Below are positions 1 through 47,336 of a stretch of DNA of 64,000 bases, in pieces. Origin of the DNA: the human T2T-CHM13v2.0 reference genome, Homo sapiens; assembly GCF_009914755.1 (NCBI RefSeq), contig NC_060925.1; one strand, 5' to 3'. The notes beneath the pieces were generated by a model that made no database searches, was not told where the DNA came from, and worked only from the letters and a program-made list of their open reading frames with translations. Both the position numbers and the translations under genes were made by a program. Positions within the stretch are counted from its first letter, which is position 1, and every line of letters begins with the position of its first letter.

Positions 1-1696
<1,696 letters not shown>

Positions 1697-3245
1697 TTAA
1701 AAGCCACCATAGACAGTGCTTCTGTCTTGAAAAAAAGGCACTGAACTGGTAACAGTGGTGAACATGAAGAGGGAATTGGTGGGGTTGGTGAAGTGGGGAC
1801 TCACTCTGCAGAAGCTACTAGAGGCAGGCAGCCACCTGCCTTGCGAGATTCAAGCTGTGTTGTAAGACTGCTGGATTCAAATCTCAGTTCTGCCTCCAAT
1901 TAGCTGTGTGGCCTTTGACTAGTCATGAACCTTCTGTGCCATAGTTTCCTCACAAGTAAAATGGGCTTAGTAATTGTTTCTATCCCACAGGGTTGAAGTG
2001 AGAATCAAATTATTTAGCTCACGTGATACATTTAAGTGCTTAGCATATTAATATGCTTAATTAATATTAGCTAAGTCAGAAATTCTTGAGTTTCCATTCC
2101 TGTTTTGCCACCCATTGGGCAAATTTCTTAACTTCTTTATGCCTCAGTTTCCAATTGTGAATGAACATTGTTGATGATAGCATCAACCCTGTAGGGTTTT
2201 AAGGATTTGGGATAATAGGATGTCAGTATCTCACTGAAGAAACTGTCCCTGGCCGTAGTTCCTGGCTCCATTGCAGAGTTGGTAATACCAGTCTCTGAAT
2301 TTTCTTCCTGAGAGTGGATCCCATTAAATCTCTAGCCAAGGAGGAGCGTACTTCTGTGCTTCTAGGGCTAGACAGAACGGAAGATGGTGCAGCAGCCCCA
2401 GCGTGGGAGGCCGGGGCTGTAGTGGGGATGTGGTGAAAGACGTAGGGCTCTCTCTGTTGCTCTCAGCTGCAGCCACGTGTTGCCCCATGGAGACTGGGCC
2501 AGGAGCTGCTGGATCTTACTGTTTCTCAAGAGAAGTTGTGAAATCTCCTCATTTTAAACTCTTGGCAATTATTTCATTTTTGTAAACATTGGGAGAGCAA
2601 ACAAAACATGTCGGTAGGCTGTATTTAGCCCACAAGCTGCCAGTTTGCTATCTATGTTCTAGGCTTTCTGTGCTTGACTTAGCAAAATATTTACTAAGCG
2701 CCTGCTGTACCTGTAGCTCCTCAGTACCTGGTCATGTTTACTGTTCTGCCACCTCAGGCGTGCTGGCTCAGTCATCCTATCAGGTACTAAATCAGTTTAG
2801 TGGGCTTGAAATGGTGTTTCAATTCAAATTAAAATGCAATTTGCATTTCCCTGATTACTGCTGAGATTGAACATTTAAAAAAAATACATCTATAGAACTT
2901 TCTTCTCCCTCAGTAGAATTTTTGTTTTAAGTCTTCAGATCATCCTTTAGGTATGGAGAGATTTAGGGCTTCCCTAGTGAAATATTTCTTTTGAATAACA
3001 TCACATCCACTAGCCTGGACTCTTGTTTAGGTTTGGGGCTGTCTGCACATCTCAGGAGGCCAAGCATCAAGCCCAGTACCGCCACAGAGGGGGGGTTCAA
3101 TAAATATTTGAATGAATCTTTATTCCTATTTCAAGAGCGTATTTCTTCTTTATTCTCTAGTTCTTGGCACAAGTATTATTGATTTAGTTATCAGCGTATT
3201 CAACAATCACAACTCCCCACTTTGGTGAGGAAACACACTTTCTAG

Positions 3246-16700
<13,455 letters not shown>

Positions 16701-18392
16701 CATTGTTTCTTTTCATTTTGGTTATTGAGCTCTCTCTGGATAACATCTGCAGAATGTTTCATGTGTCCCGAGTATGTGCCAGGCCAATTACTCAGCAATT
16801 CTGCTTCAAGAATCAGTCTGTATTCCATTACACCAGTGGTACATTTTCAAAATGGAAGGAATATAAAATGTAAAAGTATTTGCTACGCAGAGGAGGGAGA
16901 CACTACTGCTGGGACTAGAATCGAAGTTTTCTCACACCCAGTTCAATGCCTTTTCTACAACATCCCTCAGTTGAGCCTTAGGGTACCAAGTGGATGGTCA
17001 TTAGTCTTGTATGGACTTTACATCCAATGCTGATTATAAGGTCTAGATGATGCTAGGTGGCAGAGATTCAAAGTTGGACAGGTCGGTTACTGTACTTGAT
17101 AAATAAACAGCCCAGTGGCAAGACAGATAAATAAACTGACCATTTACACCCTGAAAAGGTGGTCAGTTGCTTAGGGAACTGGGGGAGGGGCGCCAAATGG
17201 AGGAGTAGGGACATGGTAGAGAGGGCTTTTCAGCATAGTGAGTGAATGAATGCTCATTTGAAGAAACAACTTGTGTTTAAGATGTTTTTCTTTCTTCCAG
17301 AGCTAGAATCTGGAAGAATCTCTGGGCTTTCCTGCTTTGAGGGAGAGATCAGGCTAGGTGCATTGCCAATTTGCTGCTGAAGATCTGATTAGGTTCTGCT
17401 TTGATGTGATCAAATGAGATGTAATCAGTGCTGGTACTTTAAGTGAGTTTGCAACTATTTAGTTGCTCTTTTTAGTAGTAGTATTAGTAATGGTAAAACT
17501 TAGTGCTTTTAGGATGAGAGTAGACGGCCTGAAGAATAATATCTTGGGCTCTTCTAATCAAGCCATACGGCTCATTGGCAAGTCATCAGAGGAAACATCT
17601 ATCTATCTATACATTCATGCAATAAGTATTTATTTAGTGCCTATGTGCCAGACACTGTTTGTGGGGAAAACAAGACACATGGGCTATTATTGCCTCATGG
17701 AAGGAACTAAGCTGTTTGGATTTTGAAAAATCCCTTTCTCTGGGCCTCAATTCCTCGACCTGTTCAGAAATGTGCGCTCACAATGGTCCTAGACATCTTA
17801 GATTCAGGTTCCATTTTCAGTTCTTTCCTGTCCTGCGGCCATCTGCAAGTTAATTTGGTCTCCCTGAACCTCAGTTTCCTCATCTGTAAAATGAAGATCA
17901 TACAACTCGTTTCATCAGGTTGTACTGAGGCTGGAAAAGATAGTCTAACTACTGACGCATCGTGTGCTCAGCCTAGGGTGGCTGCTACCGCGGGTGCCTG
18001 CGGACTCCTAGGACGGGCACCAGCCCGGGACCCCTGACAAGGTGTTGATTAGGGTGTGGCTAAGCCCCAGGCGGGAGAAAGCGTTGGCATTTATAAGGCC
18101 AGGGTCTGGCGCGCTGGCCTCATTCCGTCTTGAAGTAGACCCTGGAGAGGTCTTCCAGGCTTGGGCTCAGCACGCGAGCACAGGGAGCGGGGGTGCCGGC
18201 GGCGGAGGCGCGTACGGCCCGAGCAGCCCCCAGCCCCCAGCGCGCACACTTGGGCCAGGGGCGCGAGGAGTGCGCGGCCGCCGGGTGGGCGCTGGGGAGC
18301 GGGCCCTGGGGGCGGAGCCTGCAGCCCACCGCCCCCCACACACCCCAGCCGAGGCCCGGAAGGGGCCAGGCGCGCTTCCGTCTCCGCCGGGG

Positions 18393-34544
<16,152 letters not shown>

Positions 34545-34844
34545 ACTGAGGACTTGCCTTGGAAATGGAATCTGGGGAGGCAGGAATACAAGGACAGTGG
34601 GGGTTGGGGAATGGAATTCTACAGGAGACTGGAGTCTTGCTTTGTGGATCCTTTTGGTCTCCGAGTCCTGCAGTCTGCAGGTGCTGCCCCTGGGAACCTG
34701 CGTGCCACAGCCCCGCCTCCCTGCCTGGAGCACACTTTAGAATTCTGAAGATGTGAAGCCTCTGTCTCACTGAGGATTTTAAAGGTCAATTATACTTTTG
34801 TTGTTCATTAGCATCTTTGTAAACTATAAGACGTAGTTTTAATT

Positions 34845-34850
34845 AATAAA
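34845..34850 (+). terminator. ELOA: ELOA proximal poly(A) signal
   Basis: AATAAA with TGTA upstream and a GT/T-rich tract downstream (gtttgtttttgttttttg, ~34886-34903). Confidence 0.65.
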
Positions 34851-36680
34851 TATTGCCCCCAGATTGTATTTATATTATCCCCCAGGTTTGTTTTTGTTTT
34901 TTGTCCTCTACCACACATTTAGCCTTTTATCTTCCAGGTCCTTATTAAAATCAGATGAAAGCCTAGTGAAAGCCAGTCTCCTGCCCCAGCTCAGCTCTGT
35001 GTGGACTCTGGTCCAGACAGAGGACTGGGCATCTCCAGAGCCTGCACAGTACCTGCTGCACGTAGGGCAAGGAATGAGCACTAGACCGCCTGTCCCCAAG
35101 GGAGCCTCAGTGGGGCGACAGGGTGCTCGGCGGACTCCACCTCAGGCCCTCCCCACTGTTGCTGTGCATTCCTGTGCAGGTGCATCTCTTTCTTACTAAC
35201 TGGTATTTATTAAGGGAGGTGCTCTGTAGGTCTGGAGCCTTTCCCTCATCCTTTTTGCGAGTCCCCACCTTTTTGTTTTTTTTTTTTTCTTTGAGGCTCA
35301 CTAGAGGACGCAGAACCTTGGGAGATTGATTTGCACAGAACTCCCCACCTCCCACTTTTACAATTTCCAGTTTCTGATTGAAAATTTTAGGGTTTCTCCC
35401 CACTGCCCTTCCCTATCTTTCCTTCCCCTCAACACCATGAAGGAAAAACACACACGGCAGGGCTTTTTGTAGCCCTGAAGGCAACTTTAGACATTTAAAA
35501 TCCAGCACTTTAATCTCTTGTTCTCTGTGAATCACTATGAGAAGTGAATGGTTTTAAAGGCTGTAATGCTATGTTGGAAATTGGTTTGTTTTGCCTTTTA
35601 TTGAAAAGGTAAGATCATGTGATTGGAAGAACACAACTGTTGGCTTGGGAAGAGGACTTTGCTGCTGAAGTGTTTTCTACCTTCTGAGTGTGTTTAAGGC
35701 AGGATTTGGAGGGAAGGACCAGCTTAGGGAGAGTGTCTGAGCCACAGCGTCAGGATGGGGGAAACCACATGGGATCCATCAAGTTCCAGTTGAACAGGAG
35801 CAAGATCAGAACTTAGGAGGGCAGTGTCAGCTCCCTTGTTGGCTGTCAAGGAACACCGATCTAGTAGAAACCCACTTGGTTGTGACCCAGGTAGAGGTAG
35901 ATGCCATACATTTGAGATATGCGTCCTTAAGGAACCTGACAAGCAGACTGAAGGGATGGTAAGTGTGACAGCCTGATAAGTTTTCTCAAAGCCCAGGATA
36001 CAGAGCCAGTGTTTTCTGTAACTGGAGACCTCAGTTAGGCCAACTTCGAATTCCAGAGCAACGTAGGAAGTCTATTCAGCAGAAACTCGACATTGTTCAG
36101 TGTGTATTGCTGTGCAGGGTGCCTATTGTGACAGGACACAAATGTTACTATGTTTTAATTTGCTATATTTTTGAATGGGTAAAGCATTACTTTACTTCTC
36201 TTGGTTACTTGTACCACCATTCCACCCCTATCCCTAGCCTGCCCCACAAATCTAATATTAGGAAGCCTCTTAACTGAAACCAAATGAACATTTGGGTCAG
36301 GTGCCAGATGTCTGCTGCCTAGAATAGCTTTTTCTAGGTGTCTACCACCTTGAATTTATCTCTTAACTGTGTGTTCAAGTCTTTGTCATTGAAACTAGTT
36401 TTTCATATCTTAGATTCAGTTGTGTATGATTTAATGTCCCTTATTAGGAGTCTTTAGGCAGGGAGGGAAGAAAAAACAGATTTGTTCATAGCAATGTCAG
36501 TATCCATTTTGGCACATAAAGATTTTTGATGAGCCCTGTTTGCATAGAGCCAGATGTTTTCCCCTCCCCCAAGAGTATCTACATCAGGGATGTGACTTGG
36601 TGCGAAGAATCAGGGGAAAGAGGAAAAACCCAATTTCTAAATGACCTCCTTGCCCAGCTTACTAAAATGGCTGCAGAGCA

Positions 36681-36724
36681 GACACAGGATGAATTTGAAC
36701 CTGACACAGGATGAATTTGAACCT
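36681..36724 (+). repeat. Perfect 22-bp tandem duplication in the ELOA 3'UTR
   Basis: GACACAGGATGAATTTGAACCT x2. Confidence 0.95.
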
Positions 36725-37012
36725 TTGGTCTCATTTATGGAAAAACTTGTGCAATTTTTTTTCTGTGCTACACTACATACAAATCACCAAATTACAAATT
36801 ACCCTTTTGTGATCCTTGGTGTACTGAGCAGTTTCTTTGGGGCTTTTTCTTTCTGGGAAGCGGGAGGGAAAGGAGCAAGGTGTCATCCTGCTCTTCATTT
36901 GTATTTTGGTCCCAAAATGTAAATACAATTTTCTATGTTACTTTTTTGTGGTAACTACCGAGATGAATATTTTAATTAGATAAGTTATATGAAAAGGAAA
37001 ATTCCATGTCTA

Positions 37013-37018
37013 AATAAA
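37013..37018 (+). terminator. ELOA: ELOA distal poly(A) signal
   Basis: AATAAA at the end of the AT-rich UTR, followed by tgtgtcttcc. Confidence 0.75.
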
Positions 37019-39232
37019 AAACAAACTCCATATACTGTGTCTTCCTTACTTATAGCATCAGTGGAAAGAAGTTAGAAAATGCCTGATTCTTGGACTGTTT
37101 AAGGCAGAGTTTTTTTTTTTGTTTTTTTTTTTGAGATGGAGGAGGCAATCTCAGCTCACCGCACCCTCCTAAGGCAGAGATCTTAATCAGCATCCTTGGG
37201 CTGGGCCTTAAACGATGCCGAATTTAGTAGTAAGAGGAATTTCAGACGGAAAGAATTCTGTGAGCAAAGGGCGGGAACTCAGCATTTGTGGGGAACAGGC
37301 ACTGTCCCTTATTATACTTGGAACCCTGGTAACCCCATCTTAAAATTAGAAACTGGTTCAAAGGGGTGAAATGGGGCCGGGCATGGTGGTTCATATCTGT
37401 AATCCCAACACTGAAGGGCGGAGGCAGGATTGCTTGAGCCCAAGAGTTCAAGACCAGCCTGAGCAACATATTGAGACCCTGTCTCTAGAAAAAGATTAAA
37501 AATTAGCCAGGTGTGATGGTGCACCTATAGTCCCAGCTATGTGAAAGGCTGAGGTGGGAGGATCACTTGAGCTTGGGAGGTCGAGGCTACAGTGAGCTGT
37601 GATTATGCTACTGCACTCCAGTCTAGGTGACAGAGCAAGACCAGCCTGGGCAACATGGCAAAACCCCATCTCTTTTTTTGTCTCAAAAAAAAAACAGGGG
37701 TAGGGGGTTAGGAGGGACTGTGGCTCATGCCTGTAATCCCAACACTTTGGGAGGCCAAGGAGGGTGGATTGCTGGAGTTCAAGAGTTTGAGACCAGCCTT
37801 GGCAACATGGCAAAACTCTATCTCTACAAAAGATACAAAACTAGCTGGGTGTGGTGGCACACACCTTTGGTCCCAGCCACTCGGGAGGTAGAGGTGGGAG
37901 GATGGCTTGAGCCCAGGAGGTTGAGGCTGCAATAAGCCATGATTGCCACTGCAGTCCAGCATGGGCGACAGAGCAAGACCCTGTCTCCAAAAAAATAAAA
38001 AACAAACGGGGGGGGGGGGAAAGGAGTGAAATTAACATGGCCAAGTTGCGTAGCTAATAAAGTGGCAAAAGGAAGGATTTGACACCGTGATTCTCTAACT
38101 GCAAGGTTTGTGCCACTCTGCCTTTCAGTTTCCACGGGCTGTGAGGGACCAGTAGGTCTCAGCTTACACGGGCGTTCTAATGAGTACAGAAGGAACATGA
38201 ATGCAGGAAAGTCGTGCCAGCAAAGACTTAATGAGAACCTGCTGTGGTGGCTCTGGCTGACCTGCAGGAGCTTTAGCACTTGCTAATGGAGCCATGGATT
38301 TGGCTTCAACCCTGCATACAGCAAGTGGATTGGACCTTCCATCAAACATACAAATCTGTCCTTTATCGATTAATTAAACATTTGCTGAGCCAGGACCTGT
38401 ATTAGACCTTAGGATATGGAGTAATAGACTCTGACACTTAACAGTTAGGGAGGAGTAACTGACTTTATTGATTATGCACCTACTAGGTGCCACCATTCCT
38501 TCTTCTGTACACTGCCTCTGTTATCACAATGATCCTGTGAGGTAAACAGTCATGGCCCCATTTTAAAAATGACAACTTAATCCTGGTAAATCCAGGGGAT
38601 TAAAAAATAAAAATGAGAACTTAAGTCACCATAGTGTCTGTAGAAATAAATTTTAAAAAATTGTTTTAATGAAAATGAGAAAAACCGAAGCACAGAGAGA
38701 TGAAGAACTTGCCTAAGTTCACAGAATCAGTGAGCAGTGGTGCTATGTATTGGCCTGACTCCAAAACACATGCTCTCAGTCACATTTACCATCTCATACA
38801 CTGACATGCATACCCAATTTGGCCTCTGAAGCAAAGCTGACCTCCAAAACAAAAGATGCCTGAGCCAAGGCCAGAGTCGTTTCTGTTTTTTTTTTTTAAA
38901 TTCTTTTTTTGTGATGGAGTCTCGCTCTGTTGCCCAGGCTGGTGTGCAGTTGCACGATCTCGGCTCACTGCAGCCTCAGCCTCGCGAGTAGCTGGGATTA
39001 CAGACATGTGCCACCACGCCCAGCTAATTTTTATATTTTTAGTAGAGACAGGGTTTCACCACGTTGGCCAGGCTGGTCTGCAACTCCCAACCTCAAGCCA
39101 TCTGCCCGCTTTGGCCTCCCAAAGTGCTGGGATTACAGGTGTGAGCCACCGTGCCCAGCCTAAAAATTCTTTATCCTCAAGTTCAACAGTCATTTCTAAG
39201 AATGATATCTTTTGTCTGCTTCATGTAACTGA

Positions 39233-39661
<429 letters not shown>

Positions 39662-39812
39662 TGAACTTCTCTATGATGTCTATTGTCTCAACTCTTTTCA
39701 AAGACTAAGGAAAGTTCCAGCCATCAAAATTTTATATCACTGTATCTGTTTCTCAAGCACAGAGTCTTGGGTTGGGGCCTCAGAATATGCATTTAAAAAG
39801 ATGCAACTCAAG

Positions 39813-40168
39813 TGTTATGGACTAAATGTTTGTGTCCCCCCAAAATGCCTATGCTGAAATCCTAAGACCCAGTGTGACAGTATTAGATAGGCCTTTGGAG
39901 GTAATTAGGTCACGTGGGTAGAGGCTTCATGAATAGGATTCTCCCTCATAAGAGAAATGAGAGTTGCTCTTGCTCCTTGTTCTCCACCATGTGAGGAAAT
40001 GAGAGGACGGCAGTCTGCAAACCAAGAAGAGGGCCCTCACCAGACACAGAATTGGCCAGCGCCTTGATCTTGGACTTCCAGCCTCTGGAACTGTGAGAAG
40101 TAAATGTTTGTTGCCTAAGCCAGTCAGTCTATGGTAAGTTGTTACAGTAGCCTGAAATGACTGAGACA
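39813..40168 (+). mobile_element. MLT1A-type MaLR LTR
   Basis: TGTTATGGACTAAATGTTTGTGTCCCCCCAAAA start; CTTGGACTTCCAGCCTCTGGAACTGTGAGA; GACTGAGACA end. Confidence 0.85.
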
Positions 40169-40175
40169 CTAAGCG

Positions 40176-40206
<31 letters not shown>

Positions 40207-40249
40207 TGAAGTCTCACTCTGTCACCCAGGCTGGAATGCAGTAGCTTGA

Positions 40250-40357
<108 letters not shown>

Positions 40358-40427
40358 TAGTAGAGATGGGTTTCACCATGTTGGCTAGGCTGGTCTTGAA
40401 CTCCTGACCTCAGGTGAGATCAGGTGA

Positions 40428-40712
<285 letters not shown>

Positions 40713-41694
40713 TAGTCTTGAACTCCTGACCTCAAATGATCCACCCGCCTCTGCCTCCCAAAGTGCTGGGATTACAGTCATGAGCCACCACGCCCGGCCG
40801 ACACTAAGCAATTCTTAAAATGTACACTGAAGTTTGAGAACTGCTCCAGAGAATTTGCCACAGTGGAATAGCTCTTCACAGCAGGTCCCTAGGTCAGGAC
40901 TAGGAAGCTTGTTGATTTAGTAGTAAGCAAATACTTGCATTGCTTCCCACTCTGTGTCACTGACTAAGTCAGACATGGCAGGCTGGGGACAGTGGCTCAC
41001 AGCTGTAATCCCAGCACTTTGGGGGGCCAAGGTGAGAGATTACTTGAGTCCAGGAGGTTGAAACTAGCCTGGGCAACATAGTGAGATCTTGTCTCTAAAA
41101 AAATAAAATATTAGGCCAGGCGCGGTGGCTCATGCCTGTAATCCCAGCACTTTGGGAGGCTGAGGCGGGCAGATCACCTGAGGTCAGGAGATCAAGACCA
41201 GCCTGACCAACATGGAGAAACCCCATCTCTACTAAAAATACAAAATTAGCCGGGTGTGGTGGCACATGCCTATAATCCCAGCTACTCGGGAGGCTGAAGC
41301 AGGAGAATACCTTGAACCTGGGAGGTGGAGGTTGAAGTGAGCCAAGATCATGCCATTCAAAATAAAATAAAAATAAAACAAAATAAAATAAAATATTAGT
41401 TGGGCATGGTGGCATGAACCTGTAGTTCTAGCTACTCAGGAGGCTGAGGTGGGAGGATTGCTTGAACTCGGGGAGGTTGAGGCTGCAGTGAGCCAAGATC
41501 ATCCCACTGCGCACCAGCCCGGGTGAAAGAGCAAGACCCTGTCTCAAAAAAGAAAAAAGAAAAAAAAAAAAAAGGCCAGGCATGGTGGCTCATGCCTGTA
41601 ATCCCAGCACTTTGGGAGGTCAAGGCAGATGAATCACCTGAGGCCAGGAGTTCGAGACCAGCCTGACCCACATGGAGAAACTCCGTCTTTACTA

Positions 41695-41850
<156 letters not shown>

Positions 41851-41916
41851 TCAAAAAAAAAAAAAAAAAAAAAAAAGAGACATGGCCCTTGCCCTCATGA
41901 AGCTTTCATCTAGTAG

Positions 41917-42230
<314 letters not shown>

Positions 42231-43595
42231 TGAGCCACCGCGCCTGGCTTTTTTTTTTTTTTTTTTTTTTTTTTTTGAGACGGAGTCTCACTCTGTCACC
42301 AGGGCTGGAGTGCAGTGGCGCGATCTCCGCTCACTGCAAGCTCCACCTCCCGGTTCACGCCATTCTCCTGCCTCAGCCTCCCGAGTAGTTGGGACTACAG
42401 GCTCTCGCCACCACGCTCGGCTAATTTTTTGTATTTTTAGTAGAGACGGAGTTTCACCGTGTTAGCCAGGATGGTCTTGATCTCCTGACCTCGTGATCCA
42501 CCCACCTCGGCCTCCAAGAGTGCTGGGATTACAGGCGTGAGCCACGGCGCCCGGCCACAAATAATTCTTTAAAGTACAGGTTTCTGGGCCCTACTGAAGA
42601 AATATGGTTGAATAGGTCAAAGGTAGGATCTGGAAACAGGTACGCTTTTGTAGGCTTCCCCCAATGAACTCGATGAGCGGCCTGGTTTGGGAATGTCTAG
42701 TGTAGTGGAAAAAGCATGCATGACCTTTGGGATGAGACCCAGGTTCAAATCCTGCCTCCACCACTCCCACACCTCTCTGAGCCTCAGTTTCCTCATTGGT
42801 AAAATGGGAATTATGACACTCTGCAGGAATTCTTATAAGGATTCAATGACAGAAGGGGAGCCACATTTTAGTGTCCCTCCTTCTTTCCCTCTAAATGTGG
42901 AATGAAAGAAAAAGGTTTTGTTTTTTACTGATGGGAATTCAAACTTCAGGGTCACAAGCTAAGAACTATTTTGAGGTCAACAAGTCCTTCCTGATAAATG
43001 AAATCTTAGTGCCTGCTTCCTCAGAGTTAGTTTGACTTTTCTGTTTTGGGGCCCCATTCTAATTTTTTCGGGTCCCTTAAACTGCAGCTTCTAACAACCA
43101 CTAAAAAGGAAGACCACCTAATTTCTTACGGCCACAAACTCAAATACCAGGGGTTTGGTATGTGACAGCAGGCTGTGATGGGAACAGAAAGAAAATGGAG
43201 CTATTCACACAGCTCCACTTTATTGCTTCCGGGTTGAAGACAGGGCCCAGTGTTGCCACCTCTTCTGGATTTAAAGAAAATGGCCGGCCAGGTGCGGTGG
43301 CTCATGCCTGTAATCCCAGAACTTTGGAGGTGAGGCAGGTGGATCACTTGAGGTCAGGAGTTTGTGACCAGCCTGCCAACATGGTGAAACTCCGTCTCTA
43401 CCAAAATATACAAAAATTAGCCAGGTGTGGTGGCGTATGCCTGCAGTCCCAGCTACTTGGGAGGCTGAGGTGGGAAAATCTCTTGAACCTGGGAAGCAAA
43501 GTTTGCACTGAGTGACAAAGCTCCAGCCTGGGTGACAAAGTGAGACCCTGTCTCAAAAAAAAAAAAAAAAAAAAAGGAAAAAGGAATAGGCTCAG

Positions 43596-43812
43596 CAGTA
43601 GTTCTCAACTAGAGGTGACTTTGTTCCCAGTATGACACTTGGCAACATCTGGAGACATTTTGGTTGTCGCTGTTGTTGGGGAGCTATGGGCATCTAGTGG
43701 GCAGAGGCCACGGATGCTGCTATCCATGCTACAATGCACAAGACAGCGCCCCTCCCCCAACAAAGAATTATCTGGCCGAAAATGTAAATAGAGCCAAGGT
43801 TGAGAAGCCTTG
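43596..43812 (+). mobile_element. MER20 (hAT-Charlie)
   Basis: CAGTAGTTCTCAAC...TGGAGACATTTTGGTTGTC...GGCATCTAGTGGGCAGAGGCCA.GGATGCTGCT...CAAAGAATTATCTGGCC...GTTGAGAA. Confidence 0.85.
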
Positions 43813-44204
43813 GACATGGTTCTGTTGCAGCAACAACCCTCAAATCTCAGTGGCTTGCAACAACAGAGGTCTCACCGCCTGTCCATTGTGAGTCTGACAG
43901 GGATCTGCTTTATGTCATCCTCACTCAGGGGCCCAGGCTAAGGGAGGTGCCATTCCCATGCTTGTAAGATCTTCGAGGCAAGTAGAGAATATTAATATAT
44001 TATTAACATTAATTATAATAATAAAAAATAATATTAATTACAATATTGATATAACTGTTAAGTTTTGTCTAGAAGTGACATCTATCATTGCCATCATATT
44101 GCATTGGCTGCACCTTAATTCATGGGGTCAAGGAAGCACAATCCATCCATGTTCCTGGATGCAGAGAATTGGGAATATTTGCTAACAGCATTAAAGATTC
44201 CAAA

Positions 44205-44345
44205 GGTTGGGTGCACCAAAACCTCAGAGATCACCACTAAAGAACTTATTCATGTAACCAAACACCACCTGTTCCCCCAAAACTTATTGGAAAAAACTAA
44301 AAATCCAGAGAAAAATGTATGCTGACCAAAAAAAACAAAAAAACC
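44205..44345 (+). mobile_element. L1PB-like 3' terminal fragment
   Basis: CACCACTAAAGAACTTATTCATGTAACCAAACACCACCTGTTCCCCCAAAAC plus A-tail; TCCAAAGGT on both flanks. Confidence 0.7.
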
Positions 44346-44835
44346 TCCAAAGGTAATCATGACAGCCTGGGCTCTAGGTAATCCACAAGGCTCAGAGAAG
44401 GGCAGCTAAGGGCACAGGCTGTGGAGTCAGACGTCAGACTTGGCTTCAAACCCCACACTTTCTAGCCATGTGGACTTGAGCATGTCACTTAATCTCTCAG
44501 TTTCTTTCTCTAAAAATGAGGAAAATAGGCTGGGCGTGGTGGCTCACACCTGTAATCCCAGCACTTTGGGAGGCCCAGGCAGGCGGATCACGAGGTCAGG
44601 AGCTCGAGACCAGCCTGGCCAATATGGTGAAACCCGGTATCTACTAAAAATACAAAAATTAGGCCAGACGTGGTGGCCCACGCTTGTAATCCCAGCACTT
44701 TGGGAGGTCAAGGAAGGCGGGTCACGAGGTCAGGAGTTCGAGACCAGCCTGACCATCATGGTGAAACCCTGTCTTTATTAAAAATACAAAAATTAGCCAG
44801 GTGTGGTGGTGTGAGCCTGTAATTCCAGTTACTCA

Positions 44836-45256
<421 letters not shown>

Positions 45257-45320
45257 TTAAAATAATAATAATAATAATTAGCTGGGTATGGTGGTGTGCG
45301 CCTGTAGTCCCAGGTACTCA

Positions 45321-45488
<168 letters not shown>

Positions 45489-45797
45489 TTAAAATGCTTA
45501 GAACAGTGCCTGGCACACAGAAACAGCTCAGGACATGTTAGCCAGGATGATGATGATGATGGATTAGGCCAGGCGCCAATCACGGAGTGGGCATTTAGTA
45601 AACAGTTGTTGTTATAACCTAAGCTCTGAGGAAAATGACTTGTCCAAGGTAACACAGCTGGTAAGTGCAGCATGGTGGAGAAGAGCCTAAGCTCTGGGGT
45701 CTCAGCCTGGCACATCGTAAATCATAAATATTAAATAATATTTGGAGGAGGTTCAGTGTGGTTAAGAACATGGACTCAGGCCAGGCACGGTGGCTCA

Positions 45798-46272
<475 letters not shown>

Positions 46273-46795
46273 TCACTTAAGCCTGGGGGTGTCAAGGCTG
46301 CAGTGAGCTGAGATCACGACACTGCACTCCAGTCTGCGTGGCAGAGCAAGACCTTGTCTCAAAAAATAAATAAATAAAAATAACATGAACTCCCGAGGCT
46401 GACTGCCGGGTTCAAATCCTAGCTCTACTACTGACCACCTGTATGAACTTGAGCAAGTAACTCAGCCTCTCTGTGCCCAGTTTTCTCATCTATAAAATGA
46501 AGCTAATAATAAAACACCTGCAATTAGGAAAATTAAAAAATAACATTAGTAAAGCCCTCGGGACCCATATGGTTGTTAGCTGCTACAGTATTACTATGCC
46601 CTCAGTTCGCCACAAAGAAGCATTCAAAAGTAACAGAAAATAATTAACAGTATCATTTCACCCACCCAATTGAGATAGGAGAGAAGAAAATGGATACAAA
46701 TTCAGCAATCCTTGAGCTAAGAAAATGTTTACAGCCAGGGGTGGTCGCTCAGGCCTCTAGTCCCAGCAGTTAGGGAGGCTGAGGCCAGCAGATCA

Positions 46796-47191
<396 letters not shown>

Positions 47192-47336
47192 TCACAGCTA
47201 AGCCACCCTGCAACCCTGGCCGGCTCCTTACAAACCCAGCTCCCTTAGCAACTGCAGTTTCCCATCCAACCAGACGAGGGCGCCGAGCTGACAGTCTTGC
47301 TGCTGGCAATAGTGATAGCCGCTGTGAAAGCACAGT

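Larger units (their letters stand above)
34545..37035 (+). other. ELOA: ELOA 3'UTR (long form, about 2.5 kb, Alu-free)
   Basis: Stretch lacking Alus after the stop codon, ending after AATAAA 37013-37018; exact cleavage site estimated. Confidence 0.8.
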
